From assembly GCA_043228905.1 (NCBI GenBank), contig JBHGNT010000015.1:4030001-4094000 (forward strand): a DNA stretch of 64,000 nucleotides, in the 5' to 3' direction. Numbering within the stretch: position 1 is the first letter of the stretch; each line of letters starts with the position of its first letter. Shown in pieces: positions 12,842-25,287 of this stretch. Both the position numbers and the translations under genes were made by a program. The notes beneath the pieces were generated by a model. That model ran no database searches. It worked only from the letters and a program-made list of their open reading frames with translations, and was not told the origin of the DNA. This DNA comes from Azolla caroliniana. Taxonomy: Eukaryota > Plantae > Polypodiophyta.

Positions 12842-13485
12842 TCCATGTGCTTTTCACTAAGGCATATTTACAGGGAGTGGATCAAACGTTATACCTTCAC
12901 AATCGGAGTAAGTGCCCTGCACAACACCTTTCAATTTAGTGTGTGATTCATTACAACTCGAACTATTTTCATTAGTATAGGGAATTCTGAATATTTAGTT
13001 AGAGGCTAAGGTGCCTTCTCTCACTGTGATGAGGCACTTGGAGTCATCTAGAATTGACTCATCATTTTGTTCTATCAAGAATATTAACACCCTTGCGGAC
13101 AAGCATATGATGTAAATCTTGCCATGACGGAGTTTCCTGCAGATATTGTTCAATAATAGAAACACTAAAGCTTGGTAACGATAGGCCTCGAGATCATGTC
13201 CACAAGGCTTAGCGCATTTTCCTCTACCGTAAATCTAACTCGGTTAGACGCGCGATTTACTTAATTAAACCCCGAAACCATTGCGATCTTCCATCGATGC
13301 TAAGGTGCCTTCTCTCATTGTGATGATGCACTTCGTGTCATCTAGAATTGACTCATCATTTTTTTCTAACAACAATATCAACACCCTTGCGGACAAGCAT
13401 ATGATCTAAAGCTTGCCATGACGGAGTTTCCTACAGATATTGTTAAATAATGGAAACAATAACATTTTAGTTCGGGACCAATGAT

Positions 13486-13558
13486 CGCTGACCATGGGCC
13501 TTGAACCCATGACCACAAGGTTAAGAGCCTTGCGCTCTACCATCTGAGCTAGGTCAGC
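13486..13558 (-). pseudogene. tRNA-Lys(CUU) variant copy
   Basis: T-loop substitutions. Confidence 0.7.
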
Positions 13559-16522
13559 TCCTCGTGATTTTCACTAAGGCGTATTTACAGGTAGTGGATC
13601 AAACATTTTACTTTGATAATTTAGAGTAAGTGCGCTACTCACCACTATTGAGTTTAGTGTGCGACCAATGACAACTCGAAGTATTTTCACGAGTATAGGG
13701 ATTTGTGGAAATTTGAGTTAGAGGCTAATCCAATCTTCCATCAAAGGTATGTCTCCGCTTCGTAGCTCCGACGAAGGACTTCTATTCATCTAAAGGTAAC
13801 TGATAATTTCTCCCCGAAATGAATATTAAGCAGCTTTCGTACGACCATATGAGCTCTAGGTTTTGGTCAAGTTCATTCATGTATCTTTCGTTGTCTGGTA
13901 CTTGGATGTTGACCATAGGGGATCGACCTTTAGCGTGCCAACGCACCTTCGTGTTTGGCTATTACCAAGGTCCGCACTCCATATCCATCTCTGATCTGGC
14001 TGTAATCACCCATCGCATTGTGCACCGGTGTTGTTTACCAAGCTCCACGCTCCATCTCCGTCTCTGATGTGGCTGTAATCACCCACCACACTATGCACTT
14101 GGGTTGTTTAATAGAAACCCTCCTTGCTTAACAAACGTTGTTCTCAGTGTCTTGCCCGTGTCCTAAGACCTACGCAATTCTCAAACGGCTCCCTTCTCAT
14201 TTCCTCGGTTCCTCGGTTCGAGACCCTAGTGGTCCTGACCGATTTCCAGGCATCCGCGAGAATTTCCTCGACATCTTTGGTGAACCCGACGTGAAGAAGG
14301 GCGGCAAAGGAATCGGGAGATGAGAGGAAGTGAACTGGCAGAAGCAATGGCGGTGGCGGTAGACCGCCTGGTTAGTGCCCTCAACTGAACCATAGAAGCA
14401 ACAGTCAGCAAGATAGGCCAGTTCGGCGGAAAGGACGCCACGAGTTACATAGAGGGCTACAAATCTGCAATGCAGATGAGAAACTTACCTGAAAATAGAC
14501 GGCTAGCGGGGTTTCCCCGGGTCATAACACCACACATCCATACAGAGATGGTCGAGATTCAAGCAGGCTATCGCGATTGGGCGGAATTCGCAGAGGAAGT
14601 TCTCGAGAGGTACAACTATGATGACTCACTCCGGCTATCAAGAAAGAATTTTATGGACTGGGTCAATAGCCCCGACAAGGGTCCGAACGCTTCGGTGCTC
14701 CTCCAGGAGTTCGAGTCACGGTTCACGCGACTCTCTAGATTGGACCGAACCATGCTCGAAACAAGCAAAGTCCTATTTTTCGTGACATCTTTCGATTCGT
14801 GCATCCGGGATAGCGTGGGTCTTCTTCTGGAAACCAACCGGGGTCTCACATCTGACTGGACGACTGTCAAAGAAGTATGCAACAGGATTGACAAACGCCG
14901 AGACTGGAGAGAAAAGGGATCCTCGTCGGTCGGACCGCCTATCGAAATCAAGGCCGAACCGACGTCGACCCGAATGGAAGAAACGAGGAGGTGGCTCGAG
15001 CTAGGCCCAACCACGACGAATAGTCGCGAAACCTGTAGGTGGCGCAGGGCTAGAAGAGCTAACAAGGATGGTACGCGACCTCCAGATCGCCCAAGCCTGC
15101 CGAAGCGACGAGGGTCAGCCGCGCGACCGGTGACCTCCGGCCAATTAGAGGTGCGTATGGTGCGACGCCACCGGACATACCCGAAGAGAATGTGTTGACT
15201 TCAGAGAAGCACTCAGGAGTAATGTAGTCTACCTTTCGAACGGTCGGATACATGCGAGCGACACGCGAAGACACGCGACCCCATTGAAGAAAGCACCGAC
15301 TTTGTGGAAGCCACGTGTAGGAACTACGAGGACCTGATCGACGAAAGACGAGCAGGGAAAACCGTGGGAGTGGGTCCTTCGGGGAGGTATGACACCCGAA
15401 GCACGCCCAAAAAGAACGATGCCGCTCCGACCGGGTCCCAGGAGAAGGAGAAGGGTAGGATTCCGACCTTCCGCGTAAGCTCGGAAATCGAGAAAACAAC
15501 GAACGTACAAAAGGTTCTAAAGGAGCTAGTTCTCAACAGTCGCATAGAACTCATGCTTAGGGAAGTGCTCGATATAGCGAGAAGGGAGTTCCACGACAAC
15601 ATCGTGGACCTCGTGAAGAGGAAGCGTCTCACGACGGAATTAGAGCCCAAGAAGCCGGTCGAGGTGAGGGCGGCACTTCTCGACGAGATTGTCATGGAAG
15701 ACGAGCTTGCAAAAAGCCACTACGCCAAGCTGCACTAGGCAAGAGCTACTACGGAGACCCCGGTTCGAATCGGGAATGTCAAGGAACCGGTGGTGGAATT
15801 AATCGACCACGGGTCGGAAATTAACCTAATGTCCATGGACTTCTACAAAAATGGAAATTGGCCGATCAACACCAAACACGGGTGGAAGATACGCGCGGCA
15901 ACAAGAGCCACAGAAGAGCTGCACGGGGCATGTCCGAATGTCAGGGTGAGCATTGGAGACGTCGACATAAACCAACACTTTTTTGTGCAAGAAACGTCCT
16001 CCCACCCGGTCATCCTCGGAGAACCATACATCACAGCGGCTAGAATGGAGACGAAAGTGTTGGACAATGGTTCAGCCTATGCGAGGGTAAAAAGTTAGGA
16101 CGGCCGTCACTCCGTCCAATTTTTGACCGTTTGGAAGAACCACGAACAAAACCGGGACACCCTCGGGAATGATGATAAACCGGATTTTTAGATAGGGCTA
16201 TCGAGGCATGGGGCCACAATAGTCCGGACAACCGGGAAACTCCCCACACTTGTAAAATAGTTAGGAAATTTATGTTCTCCAATAACGGGGGGTGTACCAT
16301 AGCCAGCATCAGCAACAGAGAAAGAAAACAGGCCGAGATACGCTTGAAGGCATGCAGAGCCTTAAGCCACCACGAAGGAATTGGGGAAGCCGTGGAGGCG
16401 GTCTCGTTCGATGACACCTTGGGGAAAATCGGGAAGGCAGTCAGAGGAGGTCTAAACGAAGACCGAGTCATACCGGTCAACTTGATCGACATGTATGAAG
16501 TCATTGCGGACTTCGAAAGAGG

Positions 16523-17142
16523 TGTTGGGAAACAGGTCCCTCCGGATGGTGCATGCCCGGTATGAACCGGATGAGGAGTACCCGGCTACGGAGAGCCGGA
16601 TGGTGCAGGCCCGGTATGAACCGGATGAGGAGTACCCGGCTACGGAGAGCCGGATGGTACAGACCCGGTGAGAACCAGATGAAGAGACATATTCGTAAAT
16701 ATGTTTCTGAGAGCCCATCGAGGCTACATTTGTAAATAGCCGAAAAGTCATATTAGTATAAATATGACCTAGGGCAATCTTTTAGTAACTGTTGTTGTTG
16801 TCTTTTTTCTTTGTTGGTGCAAGAAGAAGAGAGTGCACGTAATAGTGTACAGAGAGAGAGAGAGAGAAAGAGGTCGTTGCCTCTGTTGTAACCGCCGCGT
16901 TTGCGAAGATCTGTGAGCACGAGGTCGTTGCCTTAGTGAACTCACTGTTGTACATTCATACATAGTGACAGTTTGCAGCCTGTGGGCTGCCGTGGTTTTT
17001 CCCCTAGTTTGGGGCTTTCCACATTAACCTCTTGTGTATTCTTCCTCTCCTTTGTGTCACGCTTCATTTCTTGTTTTCTGTGTATGAAAAGAAGCTCGGT
17101 TGTGGCCGAGTGTTGGAAATAAGGAGCTAGGAGTTCCCGTCA
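16523..17142 (+). repeat. copia-2 5' LTR (two 54-bp U3 repeats)
   Basis: TG..CA, matches the 3' LTR. Confidence 0.95.
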
Positions 17143-17172
17143 AGTGGTATCAGAGCAAAATCGACACAGAAA

Positions 17173-20100
17173 ATGGACGAATCATTTGGCGGCATGTTCA
17201 AGCTCACCGGCTCCAACTATTCAGTATGGAAGTCGAAGATGAGGGACATGCTCGTTGTTAAAGACCTCTGGCTGCTGGTTCAATTCGGGGACAAGAGATC
17301 GGACATAATCGACGCCGCGATATGGGAGGTGATGCACATGAAGACAACGGCGTACATACGGTGCTTCATCGACATGAGCCTGTACAACAACTTCAATGAA
17401 GAGAGCAAGGCTCATGAGCTCTGGGAGAAAATCGGCATAATGTTTCAAAACAAAAATGCTGTTAATCAGGTTTCGGTATTCCGGAAGCTAGTAAGACTCC
17501 GGTACCAAGATGGCTCCAGCATGGCGGAGCATATGAATGCCTTCCAGGGGCTGATACACCAGGCAACGTCATTGGAAGTACCTCTTGCCGATGAGGTACT
17601 AGCGCTACTCCTGCTCGGTTCCCTCCCGGATAGCTGGGAGACGTTGGTTGTCACTTTGGGCAACGCCGGACCGGAAGGAAAACGGTTATCCCTAGCAAGA
17701 GTAAAGTCGAGCTTGCTAGATGAGGAGGCGCGTCGGAAAGACAAAGATACGAGCTCCGACTCCAAAGCGCTCCTTACCGAATCGGAACGCGGAAGACATA
17801 GAAACCGTAGTCCTCAGAACCGGGAGAAGTCAGGGACACGGTCAAAGTCAAGGGAGAGGCCCACTTGCTTCTATTGCGGCAAGCCGGGACACTTCCAAAA
17901 GAACTGTCGGCATTTCCGTAAAGACAAGGAAAAAGACGGTACCGATTCGAAGCAAACCCTGGACCGGAACGGTAAAGACCGGAACGGTAAAGACCGGAGG
18001 GGGCCGGACCGGAAGGGAACGACGGCAATTGCGGCAAGTGAAGAAGAGTTGATGCTCATCACCGAGGAGAGTGAGATAAACCTTGCCGGCGACGAGATGA
18101 CCTGGGTGGTAGACTCCGGAGCGTCGTTCCACCTTACCCTGGACCGGAAATGCTTCTCATCCTACTCAGCCGGTGATCACGGCTGTGTCCGGATGGGGAA
18201 TGAAGGAACATGCCGAATTGTCAACATAGGAGACGTGTGGCTCACAACACCAACCGGATGCAAGTTGCTGCTGAAGGATGTCCGAGACGTTCCAGAGGTT
18301 CGTCTGAACCTGATATTAGCCGGTCGGCTAGATGATGAAGGCTACACGGGTAGCATCCAGAACGGTGTCATGAAGTTCAGCAAAGGGAGCCTGATTGTGG
18401 CTCGGGCCCGGAAGGTAAACACACTGTACCTGATGAATGCCCGGTTATGTCCGGAAGAAGTGAACGTGGCATCTGACACTGTCGGTGAGCTGTGGCACAA
18501 GAGGCTGTGTCACATGAGTGAGAAGGGGATGAAGAGGCTTGCAGACGACAACCTCATTCCAGTGAAGAACGTGCACTTAGAGAAGTGCACTGATTGTCTG
18601 ACCGGTAAGCTGTGGGCCACACCGCTGAAGACGAAGGATCAGGTGTTATCCGTCTTGAAAGAGCTCCACGCGAGAGTGGAAAGAGAAACTGGCCGGAAGA
18701 TGAAGGCGGTTCGAGCAGATAACGGAGGAGAGTACCGGGGGCAGTTCGAGGAGTATTGCCGCTCGAAGGGAATTTGGCTCGAATTTACCGTGCCGAAGAC
18801 GCCGGAACTAAACGGACTGGCCGAGAGGATGAACCGGACCATAATGGAGAGGGTCCGGAGTATGCTAACGCATGCAAAACTACCCAAGAAGTTTTGGGCT
18901 GAGGCACTGTCGATGGCGACATACGTGATAAATAGATCACCCTCAGTACCCTTGGACGGAGACACGCCACAGAGAGTGTGGACCGGTAAGGAAGTATCCT
19001 ACCGGCATTTGAAGGTGTTCGGGTGTCTCGCTTACGTGCATGTAGCCAAGGAACGGAGAGGTAAGTTAGATCCAAAGACCCGGCCATGCATATTCCTCGG
19101 TTACGGTGACGATGAGTTCGGCTACCGAGTGTGGGACCCGGTCGAGAAGAAGGTATTCCAGAGTCGAGATATTATCTTCATGGAGGACAAGACGCTCGTC
19201 GATTGGGAGTCGTAGAAGAAGATAATGAACTCTGAGTCGACCGGTAAGGATAGACTCTACGATGAGCAGACCCAACCGGCAAGAGACGGGTTAGCACTCG
19301 AGGAACCAGCCAGTTACGGTGAGGATACCGAACCGGCAGAAGAAGAAGTAGAGGAAGCTGAGACCGGAACCGGCCAAGACCCCGAATCAGATTCGGATGA
19401 AGAGCAAATGGAGGAGCCGGTTACCGAAGCCCGAAGACGTAGATATCCTCTTAGAGAGAGAAGGGCGCCCCAGAGATTTCCGGATGCAGAGCATGTTCTG
19501 CTGACCGATGAGGGGTAGCCGGAAAGCTTCGAAGAAGCGAAGGAAGACACCCACAACCAAAAATGGTTAAGTGCCATGCAGGATGAGATGGATTCCCTGC
19601 ATGAGAACCATACGTACGAATTGGTGGAGCTGCCGAAAGGAAAACGGGCACTCCGAAACAAGTGGGTGTACAAGTTGAAACCGGGAGATGCCGGCAACCC
19701 CCCGAGATACAAAGCCAGGATCGTGGTGAAGGGGTTCCAGTAGAAGAAGGGCGTGGACTTCGACAAGATATTTGCCCCGGTAGTAAAGATGACCTCCATC
19801 CGGACGGTGCTGAGTATAGCAGCAAGCATGGACCTCGAGGTAGAGCAGCTGGACGTGAAGACGGCATTCCTCCACGGTGATCTCGAAGAGGAGATCTACA
19901 TGCAGCAACCGGAAGGATTTGTGGAGAAAGGGAAGGAGCACCTGGTATGCCGGTTGAAGAAGAGCCTGTACGGACTGAAGCAGGCTCCCCGGCAATGGTA
20001 CTGGAAGTTCGACTCCTTCATGACCGATCAAGGGTACCACAAGACGCAGGCCGATCACTGCGTGTTTGTGAAGAAGTTCGAAGGAGGGGACTTCTTGATA

Positions 20101-21087
20101 CTCCTCCTGTACGTGGATGACATGTTGATCGTCGGACGAGACCAAGTCAAAATACGGATGCTGAAGAAGGCTCTCAACCGGACCTTCTCAATGAAAGACT
20201 TGGGTCCGGCAAGACAAATGTTGGGGATGCACATCACTCGGGACCGGTCAGTGAAGCAATTATGGCTGTCACAGGAGAAGTATGTGACAAAGGTGCTTCA
20301 CCGGTTCAACATGTCAGAAGCAAAACCGGTCGGATCGACACTTCCGGCAAACTGCAAGTTGTCCGGTAAGCAAAGCCCGAAGACGAAAGCAGAGAAGGCG
20401 GATATGATGAAGATTCCATATGCCTCTGCCGTCGGGAGCTTGATGTACGCAATGGTTTGTACCCGACCGGACATAGGATACGCAGTCGGAGTGGTGAGCC
20501 GGTTTATGAGCAATCCTGGCAAGGAGCACAGGAACGCGGTCAAATGGATACTCTGGTATTTGAAGGGCACTTCAAATATGTGTCTCCGATTCGGCTCCGG
20601 AAAACCTCAACTGGACGGTTTCACCGATTCGGACATGTCGGCTGATGTGGATACCAACCGGTCTACATCCGAGTATGTAATGACATATGCAGGGGGGGCT
20701 GTTTCGTGGCAGTCGAGGCTGCAGAAGACGGTTGCATTGTCAACCACGGAGGCGGAGTACATGGCTGCTGTGGAAGCCGGCAAGGAAGTTTTATGGATGA
20801 AGGACTTCATCGGAGAGCTCGGTAAACGGCAAGAGGAATACCGACTCTATTGCGACAGTCAAAGTGCCATCCACCTTGCTAAGAATGCGGCCTACCATTC
20901 CCGGACGAAGCATATCCAGCGGAGGTATCACTGGATCCGGGAAAGAGTAGATGACCAGGAGTTCGCATTGACGAAGATCTACACGACCGAGAACGGGTCA
21001 AATATGCTGACCAATGTGTTGACACCTGACAAGCTGAACGCACGCCAGAAGAAGATCGGGTTGGTAAGACACCCCATGCCGGAGTGA
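17173..21087 (+). pseudogene. copia-2 Gag-Pol with three in-frame stops and an integrase deletion
   Basis: ORFs 17173-19215, 19225-19518, 19753-21087; TAG at 19213, 19516, 19741. Confidence 0.93.
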
Positions 21088-21097
21088 AGGGGGAGTT

Positions 21098-21781
21098 TGT
21101 TGGCAAATAGGTCCCTCCGGATGGTGCAGGCCCGGTATGAACCGGATGAGGAGTACCTGGCTACGAAGAGCCGGATGGTGCAGGCCCGGTATGAACCGGA
21201 TAAGGAGTACCCGGCTACGGAGAGCCGGATGGTGCAGGCCCGGTATGAACCGGATGAGGAGTACCCGGCTACGGAGAGCCGGATGGTACAGACCCGGTGA
21301 GAACCAAATGAAGAGACATATTCGTAAATATGTTTCTGAGAGCCCATCGAGGCTACATTTGTAAATAGCCGAAAAGTCATATTAGTATAAATATGACTTA
21401 GGGCAATCTTTTAGTAATTGTTGTTGTTGTCTGTTTTTCTTTGTTGATGCAAGAAGAAGAGAGTGCACGTAATCGTGTACAGAGAGAGAGAGAGAGAGAG
21501 AGAGAAAGAGGTCGTTGCCTTTGTTGTAACCGCCACGTGTGGCGAAGATCTGTGAGCACGAGGTCGTTGCCTTAGTGAACTCACTGTTGTACATTCATAC
21601 ATAGTGACAGTTTGCAGCCTGTGGGCTGCCGTGGTTTTTCCCCTAGTTTGGGGCTTTCCACGTTAACCTCCTGTGTATTCTTCCTCTCCTTTGTGTCGCG
21701 CTTCATTTCTCGTTTTCTATGTATGAAAACAAGCTCGGTTGTGGCTGAGTGTTGGACATAAGGAGCTAGGAGTTCCCGTCA
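21098..21781 (+). repeat. copia-2 3' LTR (three 54-bp U3 repeats)
   Basis: TG..CA, after PPT. Confidence 0.95.
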
Positions 21782-24513
21782 AGAGGAACCAGGGTGCATT
21801 CGATCGCCCAAGTAGACACAAAATACAAGACTGTGGACTGGAAGGTGAAGCCCTTCGCTGCCCCCTTACCGGAGGGCAGTTGGGAACGAATAAAGAGGGT
21901 CGCTACCGACCCGAGCCTACAAAATCCGGCCGGCATAGGACACCGTTTCACCGACAAAACGCTACGAGAACTGAAGATCGGTGGGGGTGGCTTCCTACTG
22001 CCGGCAGAAGAGGACCGGTTCTGAGGAATGCTCGAGAGGCACGGGAAGGCCTTCACATTCTCACCAGGAGAGATCGGGTGCGTCGACCTGACCATCGTCG
22101 AGCTAATGGTGATCTTTACAGTACCACACATACCATGGAGTCTCAAGCCGATCCCAGTACCGGGAGCTTCTTAAGTAGAAAGTGGAGCTGGGCATCCTCG
22201 AACCGTCGAGTGCCCCCTATTCTAACCGGTGGTTTACGGTACCAAAGAAGAACGGCATGTTGCGGTTCATCCAGGACTTACAACCGGTCAACAAAGTGAC
22301 CATCCGCAATACGGGAGTAGGGCCATTGATCGACGAGTTCGCTGAAGCCTTCGCCGAAAGGTCCATATACTCGGTCAGAGACCTTTACTCAGGGTACGAC
22401 CAAATCCAGCTCGTCGTGGAGAGCAGGGAAATCACGATGATGCGGACCCCTCTTGGCCTAGTTCGAATGTGTACCCTACCACAAGGCGGAACCAACTCGG
22501 TGGCACACATGGTGAATGCAATGAACAGAGTTCTGAGGGACTGCATCCCAGACATCGCCATGCCTTTCCTAGACGACATCCCTATGAAAGGGTGTCCGGA
22601 AGACGTCAAGGATGAGTCCATCGGCGCGGACGGGTGCCGGAGGTTTGTCGCGGACCACATCTTCGACTGCGAGAAGATACTACAGAGGCTCGAGTGCGCA
22701 CGGCTTACCTTCTCGGGCGAAAAGTCGGCTTTCGGACAACCGGAGATATTAGTGGTTGGCCACCTCTATGGGCCGTACGGCCGGAGGCCATCACCGACCA
22801 AGATAGAGGCCATCTCGCCAATGAAGGAGGAGTGTGGATCCATCACGGAGGTCCGACGGTTCCTGGGAGCATGTGCCTTCTACCACATATGGATCCCTCA
22901 TTACGCGCACGTTGCCGGACCACTCTACGGCCTACTGAAGAAGAACAGAAAATTCAAATGGACAAAGGAACATACGGGGGCGGTCCAGAAACTAAAACGA
23001 ATGCTTGCCGCGGCACCGGCTTTACGCAAAGCGGAATACGCAACGAGAACTCCGGTTTACATCACTGTGGACACCAGCCCGACCGGGATCGGGTGGGTTG
23101 TAAATCAAGAGGACGAAGACAGCATGCGCTTCCCTATCCGGTTCGGTGCGAAGGTATTGAGTGAGCGACAGCGAGCGTACGCCCAAGTCAAGCGTGAGTT
23201 GTGGGGTATCGTTTCAACGGTTAAGGTCGACAAAGATTACCTAATTGGGACACAAGTAATTATCGAAACAAACTGCTTGCCGATTCTCGGTATGGTCTCC
23301 GGATGCGCAACTCCCGACCTAGCCATGCTCAAGTGGATTGGGTACATCAAGTCCCTGAACCCGAAGATATGACACATCTAGGGTAAAGACAACGCCATGG
23401 ACGATATGCTTTCTAGAGCAAGATTTGAGGATGAGGACAACATGGTATCAGAGAGAGAAGAAGTCGGCGCAGACTTCTTCAAATCGGCAAGGGTGGGGAT
23501 AAAAAAGCGAAGCGCTCCACCCGTGAATGAGTTCGACGAAGACGGCTACGACGGGGAGTGGCTTCTAATCGAGAGATTTTTGGAGACAATGACGACGAAC
23601 GCCGCGATGACCAAGGAGGAGGCCGGACAACTCCGAAAGAAAGCATACAGATACTTCCTGCGGAACGGAAAAATCTGGAGGGTCCCAAAAAGGCGAAACG
23701 ACGCACCGCTTCGGGTGATAGCGCGGGCGAATGACCAACAGAAGCTGATGTCGAAGTTCCACAAGAGCCCTTGGTCTGGACACCGGGGTACATGGGCTAC
23801 ATTCGAGAAGTTAAAAGGAAAGTATTGGTGGCCAGGCATGTACATGAGCGTGCACAACATCGTGTCCACATGCGAAAGCTGCCAGATACACTCGGTGGTT
23901 CGACACCGCGACGAACTACACCCAACCTATCCTTCACAAAAGGACTAGGTGACCTATACACCACCATTGAGTTTAGTGTACGACCCATGACAACTCGAAG
24001 TATTTTCACGGGTATAGGGATTTGTGGAAATTGGACTTAGAGGCTAATCCAATCGTCCCTCAAAGGTATGTCACCGCTTCGTAGCTCTGACGAAGAACTT
24101 CTATTTATGTAAACGTAGCTGCTAATTTTGCTATGAAAAGAATATTAAGCGGCTTTCGTACAACCATATGAGCTCGATGATTTGGTCAAGTACATTCATG
24201 TATCTTTCTTTAATAGATACAAAAATAACAAAGGGTTGCGGACGATAGGGCTCGAGCCCATGACCACAAGGTTTAGCGCGTTGTTGACTTTATTCAACCC
24301 TAGAACATTTGCTATTTTCCGTCGATGCTAAGGTGCCTTCTCTCACAGTGATGATGCACTTGGAGTCCTCTAGAATTGACTAATTATTTTGTTTTAACAA
24401 GAATATTAAAACTCTTGCGGACAACCATATGATCTAAAGCTTGCTGTATTGGAGTTTCTTGCAGATATTGTTCACTAATAGAAACAATAACATTTTAGTT
24501 CGAGACCAATGAT

Positions 24514-24586
24514 CGCCGACCATGGCGCTCGAACCCATGACCACAAGGTTAAGGGCCTTGCGCTCTACCATCTTAGCTAGGCCGAG
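24514..24586 (-). pseudogene. tRNA-Lys(CUU) degenerate copy
   Basis: Several substitutions. Confidence 0.7.
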
Positions 24587-25214
24587 TCCTTGTGCTTTTT
24601 ACTAACATGTATTTACTGCGCCCTACACACCACCATTGAGTTTAGTGTGCGACCCATGACAACTTCAAGTATTTTCACGGGTATAGGGATTTGTGGAAAT
24701 TTGAGTTAGAGGCTAATCCAATTTTCCATCAAAGGTATGTCGCCGCTTCTCTGCGACGAAAGACTTCTATTCATGTAAAGGTAACTGATAATTTTTCTTT
24801 GAAAAGAATATTAAGCGGCTTTTGTACGACCATATGAGGTCTATGTTTTGGTCAAGTACATTCATGTATCTTTCGTTGTCTGGTACTTAATAACAAATGG
24901 ATGTTGACCATAGGGCTCGAGCACATGACCACAAGGCTTAGCCCGTTTTCCTATAGTGTAAACCTAACATAGCTCGACGAGCTCTTTACATAACTCAACC
25001 CCAGAATAATTGTGATCTTCTGTCGATGCTAAGTGGGCTTGTTTCATAGTGATGACGCACTTGGAGTCATCTATAGTTGACTCATCATTTTGTTCTAAGA
25101 AGAATATTAACACCCTCACGAAGGATTATATGATCTAAGGCTTGCAATCAAAGACTTCCATGCAAATATGGTTCACTAATAAAAACAATAACATTTTTCT
25201 TCAAGAGCAATGAT

Positions 25215-25287
25215 TGCCAACCATGGGGCTCGAACCCATGACCACAAGGTTAAGAGGGTTGCGCTCTACCATCTGAGTTAGGTCAGG
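25215..25287 (-). pseudogene. tRNA-Lys(CUU) degenerate copy
   Basis: Anticodon stem mismatches. Confidence 0.7.

Larger units (their letters stand above)
9651..13926 (-). repeat. tRNA-Lys(CUU)-containing tandem satellite, block 1 (~6 units)
   Basis: ~720 bp period; tRNA copies start at 10022, 10737, 11461, 12205, 12769, 13486; some internal deletions. Confidence 0.95.
16523..21781 (+). mobile_element. Ty1/copia retrotransposon copia-2 (Tnt1-like), full length with defects
   Basis: LTRs 16523-17142 and 21098-21781, TSD AGAGG, PBS TGGTATCAGAGC 17145-17156, PPT GAAGGGGGAG. Confidence 0.96.
13927..23933 (+). mobile_element. Truncated, degenerate Ty3/gypsy element (gag, Zn knuckle, protease, RT, RNase H, integrase Zn finger), no LTR recognised, interrupted by copia-2
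   Basis: gag from ~14348, CVWCDATGHTRREC knuckle ~15150-15195, protease LIDHGSEINLM (15790-16098), RT with PFLDD (22182-23372), H-H-C-C integrase N-terminus (23397-23933) ending abruptly in satellite. Confidence 0.85.

Noticed and set aside
9651-13926. 5S rRNA or U-snRNA in the tandem unit
   Set aside because: No 5S consensus or snRNA motif recognised; the upstream GGTCCACTCCC is only a weak match to the plant USE
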